Source: the human T2T-CHM13v2.0 reference genome, Homo sapiens. Taken from it: a stretch of DNA of 64,000 bases. Below the pieces are notes generated by a model that saw nothing but the letters and a program-made list of their open reading frames with translations, had not been told where the DNA came from and did not search any database. The position numbers and the translations under genes were made by a program. The stretch is taken from NCBI RefSeq assembly GCF_009914755.1, contig NC_060926.1, one strand, 5' to 3'. This document shows, piece by piece, positions 51,817-64,000 of the stretch. Within the stretch, counting starts at the first letter, position 1, and each line of letters starts with the position of its first letter.

Positions 51817-54800
51817 GGAATAGCGGCAACCAAGTGTAAGTCCTGCATTTCACCATTTCGGGAGCTGCTTTATGATCTGATGCTTATTGTACTCTATCGA
51901 TATTCCATGCATACGCAATTGACAGAGGCCTCTGGCCAATAAGCTCGTAAACTCTCTTGTCTACTGGATATCGTCATGGTCTCTGGGCATTTTGCAGGAC
52001 TGGGGCACTTCTAGAGCTCACATTTAATTTTCAGATGTCAACATAGTGATGACTTTATCTCAAATTACATGGAAGCAAAGCGTAGGGTATTAATTTTTTT
52101 AATGTAATGTTAGTTGCATTAACTTTTCTGTAAAGTACTAATGGAGTTCCATGTAAAATGCACTTAGAAACACACTGGGTGAGTTTCACAAAACTTCAGA
52201 CTGTTGGGTTGGAGTCATATTATTCTTTAGTATTTACTTACGTTGTTTACATGAAAACTGATTTCAGAGTGACTGTACCTGGGTGATTAACCACATTTTC
52301 ATAAATTTGGATGCTTTTCATATACTTTCTAATGAATGTTTGATAAACTGTTAAATAAATGAGTATGTGTGTGTGGGAGCAATCTTCAGATTACCTGTTT
52401 TGCACAGTAGTGCAAAACAGCTGTGTGGGGAAAAGTTATATGTGTCATTAGTAATTTTTATGACTCAGTTTGGTATTATGAGTCTACCTGTCTGCACAGC
52501 ATTTTCATCTTGGTGGGAGAAAATTGACACATCATGGTGGATGTAAAAGTTTTCCATGAAGAAATTACTCAGTTCCTTTGACTGTGTAGGCTGTTGGATG
52601 CTGTCTTTTCTCTGGACAAGCATGTGGCATTGGCTCTCAGTGGACAGTTCATCTCTCACAGATAAACAGTTTACCTTCCAAGATTATAATAGCTACTCCC
52701 CCTGGCTCAAAGTAGGATTACACAGTTAATAGAGAGAGCTGTAGCAAAGTTTGGAAAGTGTAATGACAACATTATGGCTTGAGGAGAAGAAAGTGCCGAT
52801 TTTCCTTTGTTTGAGTTTGTTACTCATTTTGCTTTTTATCTCATATAACTTTTTGCAAAAAGTTACGAAACAGAAGATATGATCTTATATGTTTCTCTTT
52901 TAATAAATATTTGCCCGCATTAATACCTGCAACTACAGAGGATTCAAGCCAGTACATTTTAAAAATGGATCTTAGGTGGCCAGAATTGGATTAATCATAC
53001 TTTTTGGCTCATTACACACTATTGTTCTTACTTGTAAATAAACTGTCATGATTCTAATGACTTGAATACTTTTTCTTGAAATATAGTTGTTTAACTTTTC
53101 CCTAAATTTGGCAAAATAATTGCTGTCTGAACTATCTAAATATAAAGCTAGCTTTGGACAGGTTTGGAACATGTTTTAAAAATCACACATAGGCTTTCAT
53201 GATAAAAATAAGGGTTTGAGATCAGAGGATGAACTCATGGACTTCTTTGACCTTTTATTCTTGCGGAACTTCACAGTTGAGTGATACATTGATGCTTGGT
53301 TAAGTGACATGGGTAAAGTTTCGGTCAACTGTTTTCAGTTGTTGTAACATGACAGAACATGCTAGCCATCTTCAGTGGGCGTCCTCAAAACAGAGAGGGA
53401 TGGCTTTAGAATTCTGTTTGGAAATGACCTAGGAAGTCAGTCGTCTAATCTAGCTCCTCCAGCCGTGTTGCAACCCAGGAGTCCTCTGGGTGCCTCTGCC
53501 ACAGGCAACTTAGCCTGCACTTGAATCTTTGTAGGGACAAAAAACTCACTCCCTCATGACCAATCCTTTTCTTTCAGAGACAACTTTAATGATTAAAAAT
53601 GAAATTGGTTTTGTTGAGCTTAAATGTGATTCCTTAACACTTCTACTCATTTGCTGGTATTATTGGTCTCCACTTGTAGATGACACAAAAACAGTCCTCC
53701 TGCTTATAGGGAATTCTTTGTTGCATATAAATTCTGACTTTTGTCAGAATTTGTGTTTTCTCAGTGTGCTTCTCTCCGATAAGATCTTACGATATCTGCT
53801 CAATTCAACAAGTTGAGAATCAGTTACATGCAAGGCACTGTACTGTCCTCAGTGCCTGGGTGGGAGAGGTAGGGACACAAGATGACTTGGTTCCTGCCAT
53901 CCAAATGTATGCTGCCACGTGAAATGCATTGGAAAAGCACACAGATTGATACAACAGAGAAACCCAATGCCATTGGGGTTCAAAGGAGAAAGAGTGATAT
54001 CAAACTCAGCTGTGCTAGAAGAGCTTCAGCATCAGGAGGGAAGGGAGATAGGCAGGTGGGATATTTTTGCAGGTTGAGACGGGAGAAGGGCATTCCAGGA
54101 AGAAACCAGTGTGGACAAAAGCCCAGGGATGGGAAACATGAGTTTGTCCAAAAGAAGGGGAGTATCTTATTTGCTCAGCATGTAGGATGCTTGCAGAGAA
54201 ATGAAGGATTAGATGGTAGGTTGATCCCAGAGCTCAGACAGGCTTGATCTCTCTGCCTCAGTTATTTGTGTTTTGGTACTAGGATTCCATTGCAGGAGCA
54301 CAGACCTGGATTTGGATCCAAGTATTGCCACAGAGCTTCGGCATCTTAGTCTGAAAATGGAGATTTGTGTCCATTCTAAGGATTCCAGGACATGTAAGGG
54401 AAGAATCCAGCACTCTGCCTGGTACACAGCAGAGGAGATCAGTGACAGTTGTTATTGCTGAATGTGATAGGCCTCAGGAGGAGATCCTGCAGGGGGTTCA
54501 GGGTGGCGCATGGAGGAAGACCTGTGAGAGATGCTCCTCCAGCGGGAAGGGAAGGTGTGCGTGGCAGTGCTGGAGTGGGAGTAGGGAGTGGGAAACAGGG
54601 CTGGCATCAGTGGGGAAGCTGGAGTCGGCAGAACTGGAAGCAGATTTAATGTACTGGGCAGGAGGAAGAGGAGAAGTCACCCCAAGTTTTTGTTGGGGAA
54701 GGAGGGTTAGGCAAGAATGGTGAGTTTGGTATCGGGTGCGTTGAGGTGCTGGTGGGCCTGCAGATGGAGAGAGCCCACAGCAGCTGGCAGCGGGGGGATG

Positions 54801-55672
54801 CTGGGCCTTAGGAGTGAGCCAGGGAGGTGGAAAATGCAGCATGAGGAGGGTCAGGATCCAAACGGTGTGCTAGGAATGCAGGCACGTGCAAGCAAGGGAG
54901 GGTCCTTGATCATGTAGAGCCTGCACTTTGGCGTGGGTACGTGGAAAGCAGCCAGCACCCAACCAGGGCTGGCGTAAAAGCAAAGAAAGGAAAGAATTCA
55001 AGAGACATGGGGAAGGGAAAATTGGTGGAGACAGCCTGACAGATGATTCCCAGTATCTTAGAGTTCTCAGGAAAAAACGGAAAACAATCTTCACATTGTT
55101 TTTATACACACACATATGCACACACACTCTCTCTCTCTCATATATACAAGTTCAATCCAAACACCATCTATTATTTGGTCCTGTTAGTTTCCTCAGAAAG
55201 ACCCTCAGGAAATCCTTGCTCTCCCAGAGATTGTGTCTATGTTTAGAAGACTTTTAGAAAAAGCCTATTGTTAAATTTTAGTTTACTGGGTAGTCACTAG
55301 GAGACCATAGAAATGTAACCCACAGGTTGGCTGTATTGAGTGGGCTTTTGTTTTACTGAAGGCCGTATGGGGAAAACAGGACTCCGTCTTTGGTGAGTGG
55401 CTCTTCCTGGTACTGTGAACCCAGGGAACCCAAGAAGGGAAGCGCTGGGGGTCAGGGATCACCTGGCCTGACCCCCTTGTGTAACAGATGAGGAAACTGA
55501 GGCCTAGGCCATTGGAACCAGCTCAGGGTCACATGGCACATGGCTCATTTGAGGCAGAGCCTGTGGCTTGATGTTGGGCATTCCTGCTACTTGAAGTTAC
55601 CTGTTTATCCCAGGCCGGGACCTCTGGGCTCATTTACAAGTGGATGGCCCAAAGAGGGGACTTCAGTTAGGG

Positions 55673-55674
<2 letters not shown>

Positions 55675-55717
<43 letters not shown>
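55675..55717. repeat. (TG)~21 microsatellite
   Basis: Read directly. Confidence 0.95.
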
Positions 55718-55719
<2 letters not shown>

Positions 55720-56139
55720 GGGGGTTATTCAGGGACCATTCATTACAGAGCTTGACTGTGGGAAAGAGTAGTCAGATCCAAGTGATTACTGTAGTGCCCT
55801 CGTCATTTATTAGCAGATCTTTCTAACAAGTGTCCTACAGAGGAGAGTGCTAAAACAAAGGGTGAAACCCTTGTCATCAGAGGTCTTTACGTAGAACCTA
55901 AATATCCACCCACTCGAGTTAGCAAGGGTTAACATTCACTGAGGACTGATGGTGTGCCTGGCACTAAGTGTGTTTTCTATGGAATGTGTCTCATTTCATC
56001 CTCTTAGTGTCTTTATGAGATAGGTACTATTATTATGCTAATTTTACAGATCAGGAAACTGAGGCACCAAGGGATTAAGTAACCTGCCCAAGGTGACACA
56101 GCCAGTAAGTGGTAGAACCAAGATTATACCATCTGTTAA

Positions 56140-56477
<338 letters not shown>

Positions 56478-56614
56478 TAGTGATTCTTAACCTTGCTGCG
56501 TATAAGAATCTCTTGGGAAAATTAAGAAAAATTCCAGTTCTCAGGCTACATCCCAAACCAATTGAATGAAACTCATGGGAGATCTTGCATTGGTATTTTC
56601 TTTTAAAGCTCTTC

Positions 56615-56901
56615 AGCTGGGCTTGGTGGCTTATGCCTATAACCCCAATAACTCAGGAGGCTGAGGTGGGAAGATTGCTTGAGGTCAGAAGTTCAAGACC
56701 AACCTGGACAACGTAGAGAAACCCCATCTTTTAAAAAATACTTAGCTAGGTGTGGTAGTACGTGCCTGTAGTCTCAGCTGCTTGGGAGGCTAAGGTAAGA
56801 GGATCACTTGAGCTGAGAAGTTTAAAGCTGCAGTGAGCTATGATCACACCATTGCACTCCAGCCTGGCAACAGTGTGAGACCCTGTCTCCAAAAAAAAAA
56901 A
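56615..56901 (+). mobile_element. AluJ inserted in a MER5-like element
   Basis: Diverged dimer; gctcttca duplication. Confidence 0.85.
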
Positions 56902-57206
56902 CCGCTCTTCAGATGACTGTTACTCATAGCAAGGTTGAAAACCACCAGAGTGCTCCACAGCCGGTGGAGATGTTATAGGGCAGTGCCTCTCGAACTAATG
57001 TGCATAGGAATCTCCTGGGGGTCAAGTGCACATTCTGACCTAGAAAACCTGGGGTGGAGCTTAGAGTCTGCATTTCTCACACGTGTCCAGGTGATGCTGT
57101 GCTACTGGTCTTTGACTTTTCTGTCTTGGTTGAAGGCTAATCATTGTGGTTGTGTCCAACTCCAGGATTTAATGGCTCTAGTGATACTTATAAGAACACA
57201 TGATTT

Positions 57207-57759
<553 letters not shown>

Positions 57760-57821
57760 TTACCAAGAACATCTTTTATGGCCTTGTCTTTGTTTTCTAA
57801 CTTGATGGATTATGTTTGGAA

Positions 57822-58184
57822 CTCTCTTAGTGTATTCAGGATGCTATAACAAAATACCGTAAACTGGGTGGCTTATAAACAGCAGAAATATTTCTCACAG
57901 TTTTGGAGGCTGGGAAGTCAAGATCAGGGTGCCAGCTGCTTCAGTGTCTGGTGAAGGCCTGCTTCCTAGACGGCCATCTTTTTGTTTATAACTTCACGTG
58001 GTGGAAGGGGCAAGGAGTCTCTCTAGGACCTCTTTTATGAGGGCACTAACTCCATTCATAAGGGCTTCATCCTTATGACCTAATCACCCTCCAAAGGCCC
58101 CACCTTCTAATATTGTCGTATTGGGGGTTAGGATTTCAACATATGAATTTTGGGAGAGTGGATACAAACATTCAGCCCATGACA
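57822..58184 (-). mobile_element. MLT1A-like LTR
   Basis: GCTATAACAAAATACCGTAAACTGGGTGGCTTATAAAC...GGGGTTAGGATTTCAACATATGAATTTTGGG. Confidence 0.8.
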
Positions 58185-58465
58185 CTGTTCATTTATTTAA
58201 TAAATAGTTTTTTACGCCTACTGTGTACTCAGAGCTGTGCTAGATGCTGGGGGTGCAGTGGTGATAAGAGGAGACATCTACTATGTACAAAGTAGAGTGG
58301 TTGCTGCTGTTGTCTGCTTGGCTACTAGAGGCACGTGGAGCTTCACAATAATATCTGCATGGCACTTCGGAGTTTTCAAGGAACTTGCACAACAAACCCA
58401 TGAAGAGTTATTATCACCCACATTACACAGATCAGGAAACTGAGGCTCCAGAGGTTTATGTGTAG

Positions 58466-59230
<765 letters not shown>

Positions 59231-59942
59231 AACCACACACACATGCTATTCCTGAATCAAATGGAGAGCGGCTTCCCCTGGGGTGCCTAACCAAGCTAAA
59301 TGCTCTTGGGATGGTGGGATGGTCGGGATCCTGTGCCTTCATTCCCCTGCCTTACCAGGTGGGTTCAGAGGGTATCAGGAGTTGAAGGGCCAGGACAACT
59401 CCAAAGCTGTGACACCCTCAGGACGTAGCTGGACCCAGCAGATGTGCAGACCAGCTTAGCTTTGCTCTAGTTTTACTTGAATGAATTGTGGAGAACACAA
59501 TTCTAGTTGTGGAGAACACAAACATTTCGACCATAGCAGGAGCCCCACCCAGAGACCATATTCCAGGAACCCAGCAGTTACTGGCAACTTTTCTGGTTCC
59601 AAGTGTCCTTGTTCTTGCCTCCTTATGTTGGACCTGGTATTGATTTATGAGAAAGTGTTGTAGGTTTCTTTGTGAAGTATGTTTATGATGTTCAGACTGT
59701 TTCCAGTAAAGTTTGTTATCAGTACCAGAAAGGCTTATTGCATTTGCAGGATATAAATTCTAGATTTGAGCATGGTTCCTGGATTAATGGACCATACTAG
59801 TACCTTGAAAAGCTTATTGAATTATAACTCTTGGACTCCTCCCCAGACCTAATAATCAAATGGATCAGGCCTGGCGACCTCTGTTTTTGAAAGCTCCCCA
59901 AGCCATTTTAATGTACACTAATATTTAAAAACCATGGTTGTT

Positions 59943-60643
<701 letters not shown>

Positions 60644-61313
60644 TGGTCTGGACCAGTGGTTCTAAAAGGTAGTTCCTGGACCATCAGCATCACCTGAGAA
60701 CTTGTTAGAAATACACCTTATGAGGCCCCACCCAGACTTACTAGAAACTTAGGGATGGGTCCTGCAAAGTTTTAACAAGCCTCCCTGTGATTCTGTTGCT
60801 TCCTAAAGTTTGAGAACCACTAGATCCTTGTGATTCAAAATGTGAGCTGTGGACCAGCATCATCAGCAGCATCTGGGGGCTTGTTAGAAGTGCAGGGTTT
60901 CCGGCCCCACCTTTACCAACTGAATCAGTATCTGCATTTTAGTGAGATCTGTGCATATTCACATTTGAGAAGCTGCACTCTAGATAGTCGTTTTCTTTCC
61001 GGGATGTGCATTTTAACCCGAGATGCCTTAAAAAGATACCAAGGCCTTGCCTCCATCCAAGGTGATTAAGACAGAATCTGTGAGGTTGGGCGAGGCCTAG
61101 ACATGGTGTGTGGAGACCCCGGTCTAAGAGTTGGTGCCTAGATTGGAGCCCAATTTTCACACCTAAAGGATAAGACTGTGAAAAGGGGTCAGGACTCCCA
61201 ACACTGCTTTCTCCTTCCTCCTCTCTGCTCTTCCACCATCCTAGAATGTGACCCCACACCCAGGCTCCAGGAGGGAAGGCTCAAGTCTCCCTGCCTCAAA
61301 AAGATCCAGAGGC

Positions 61314-61520
61314 GGCTGGGCGCGGTGGCTCATGCCTGTAATCCCAGCACTTTGGGAGGCCGAGGTGGGCGGATCATGAGGTCAGGAGTTCAAGACCAGC
61401 CTGGCCAATGTGGTGAAACCTGGTCTCTACTAAAAATACACAAATTAGCTGGGCATGGTGGCGCCAAGATCACACCACTGCACTCTAGCCTGGGCGACAG
61501 AGTGAGACTCTGTCTAAAAA
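61314..61520 (+). mobile_element. Alu with ~80-bp internal deletion of the right arm
   Basis: Junction GGTGGCG|CCAAGATCACACC; perfect TSD AAAAAGATCCAGAGG (61298-61312, 61521-61535). Confidence 0.9.
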
Positions 61521-61954
61521 AAAAAGATCCAGAGGGAAAAGTTCTCTTTATATTTTCAGGGTTGTGTGTGTGTGAGAGATCGAGGGAGGCACAGACAACA
61601 GCGTTGTGTGTGTTGGAGGGATGGAATGTGGTATCTGGCACCAGGCCACAGTGCTTCTCACACCTGATGTATGTAAGAGTCAGTCACCTTCACAATGCAG
61701 ATTCCTGGGCTCTACTCCAGAGAGCCAGTATCAGTAGGGCTTGGGAAGGACCCAGGAATTTGCATTGTTAACAAGTTCTCCCAAATTCTTCTTATGTGAA
61801 AGTCTAGGGTCCTGCTCTGAGACAAACACTACTCAAAGGCTGTGATCTGGCTGATTCTCAGAATTACTTGGAGAAACTAAAAAGTACAGGGCTCCAGGCC
61901 TTGCCCCAGCTCCTCTAATTCAGTAGGACTGGCGAGGCCCAGGAATCAGAATGT

Positions 61955-62438
61955 TGTAGTGTAAACATATCTGAAAGCAATAACTTAAGCCTACCCTTAG
62001 AATGACCCTATATGGCAGATGCACCTGAATGTGTATACCGAGCTACGGAATCCAGGATTCATTCCTTGTCTGTGAGGGACATCTGAGCCCCACGCTCATC
62101 CTGTGGAGCATGAGCCGTGCATGGGATTGAGACCTTTGGTTTTGGGTTAAATGGAGGTTGCCAGGTGGAGGTGGAAGTTGTTGGGGGAAGGGTGCTAAGT
62201 GAAAATGCTATGTAAACTGCATGCTGTTTGCAAGTGGTCGCAGGTTTCCTGCCCAGCACACTGCCACTGGGCCTCCAGCCTCTCCCACTGGACTGTGTGT
62301 AAGGCGGTCTCCTGTGCAGCCCGCCGCCACTGGACTGTCTCCTGTCTGTAAGCGCCCAATAAAACCTCATGCCTCATTTGCTGCCTCCAGATCTCTTCTT
62401 GCCATTTCTGTTGAGGTTAATAGGGGTTCAGTATAATG
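61955..62438 (+). mobile_element. ERVL solo LTR (LTR47A-like)
   Basis: CCCTTAGAATGACCCTATATGGCAGATGCACCTGAATG; AATAAA at 62358; TAATAGGGGTTC end; TSD-like aatgt / catgt. Confidence 0.7.
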
Positions 62439-64000
62439 CATGTTTAATAAGTACTCTGGGTTTTTCAAACTGTGTTCTCAGAAACCCTTAGGATTCCCCC
62501 AAAGTATATTGGAGGCTACCAAGGGGGAGAGGTAAGAGGAGAACCAAGGTTGTTGACAGGAGGGGGGGTTCAAACACTCAACCCGCTTCATCTGCTTCAT
62601 GTATTAAGCTTCAGTGTACAATTGCATTTGAAAAGAGGATTTTTTTTCCAAATTTTGAAAACAAGTCATAGCTGTTCATTGATAAGGGCCTCTTTAAAGT
62701 TGGCAGTGTTCTCCTTTTGAGCCACAGTTCAGGACAGCCTCTCGCCCTTGTGACCACCTGTCCTTCCTGACACGCTGACCTTTAGTCCCTGAGCTGCCTC
62801 ATACCTGGCCCATGATGCTAACTATCCACAATGACCCTGACTCCATTCACATTGTGGGATTGCCTGGCTCTGCCATTTGCCCCAATTACCAAATTCCTTT
62901 ACTACTGAAAGAATGCTGGTCACACCAGAAATATGCTTTGTACAAATCATAGTACCTCAAGACAGTGAGTCTCAAATATGGCTGTGGCTTTCAAATATTT
63001 TTCTGCACCAGAATCATCTGGAGAGCTTGTTAAAGCACAGATTGCTCAGCCCCAAACCCAGAGTTTCTGATTCCATGGGTCTGAGGTGGGACGTGAGAAC
63101 TTGCATTTCTAGAAAGATTCCAGGTGGGACTGATGCTGCTGGTCTGGTGACCACACCTAGAACAACTGCCTTAAGATTAAATAATGTTGGATACAGCTTG
63201 GGTCCAATTCTCCTGTTAGGTGTTTTCTCACTGAGTAGTTCCTCCTTTGGTGTTAAAATATATGAGGAGAAGAAGTGCTGGAATGAAGAAATCAGTGTCA
63301 GTTGGGATTATGGCTCAGTCCTGCTCTGCACTAATTAGGTTTTGCTGGACTCTCCTGCCCAGCTAACAGCCATTTATGATATTGTTTCTGCAGGACAGTG
63401 CATTGCATAGTATGGTCCCCGTGCTGCTCATCGTATAGGCCCTGCCAGAATGGTTGGCAATGACAAGGATCTGACAGTAGCTTCTTATTGCCAGGGCTTG
63501 ATTAGAATGTGACAAGTCATTGCTGAACATTGGTTACCATAAAGGCAAATATTTTGTCTTCCCTGAAACAAATAGTAAGAGGAGAAAGTGTCCTGTTGTA
63601 GAAACTCCCATCTTTGTAGAGATTTCCATCCTTTCAGTCTTAGGCGCTTGCAGAAAGCTGGCATGGTGGCAAGGCAGAGGTGTCCTGTCAGTGGCCAAGC
63701 AAACAGCAAACACATGCTCATGGTCACTGCTGTCTAGGTCAGAGGCCTTCAAAGCTTTGATCAAATACAACACCAGTCACTGTTGGGAAATCCTCCTGGA
63801 CATGTCCCCTCAGTTGTTGAAATGTTTTGACCAGGCAAATGACTATAATTATTGTTATATTAAAAAAATAGCCTTTGAGTTTTTTAACCTCTGTAATGGT
63901 TCAGCTCTGTGGTGGAAAATATTTAACTTCAATTTTCAGAAGTACACCTGAGTGACTTTATTAACTACCCTTGAACAAATGCAAGGGGTGAGTTAATAAG

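Noticed and set aside
52395-52420. Iron-responsive-element-like loop CAGTAG
   Set aside because: Loop is not CAGUGN, there is no bulged C, and the site is deep intronic

Overview
Human (or near-identical great-ape) genomic DNA carrying the 5' end of LTBP1 (long isoform, LTBP-1L) on the + strand. It contains a CpG-island promoter (~8.1-9.8 kb), coding exon 1 (ATG 9052 to donor after 9545), a 1056-nt intron 1, the 71-nt exon 2 (10602-10672) and ~53 kb of intron 2; no further exon is recognisable. The rest is mostly transposon-derived: about 18 Alus, a MADE1 MITE, an RNY1 retropseudogene, an internally deleted Tigger1, a ~16 kb nested antisense L1 stack, a full-length THE1 MaLR provirus, several solo LTRs, MER5/MER45 MITEs and microsatellites. 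I see no evidence for a new multi-gene system. The least-explained structures are a ~175-bp inverted duplication with a 322-nt spacer (47256-47927), a ~130-bp non-tandem duplication (20613/22224), a ~154-bp tandem duplication (17.1-17.4 kb), a ~270-nt almost pure AT tract grown inside an Alu tail, and a CCAAT-CRE-ATTGG promoter cassette. Repeat subfamily names come from recalled consensus sequences and should be confirmed with RepeatMasker/Dfam.
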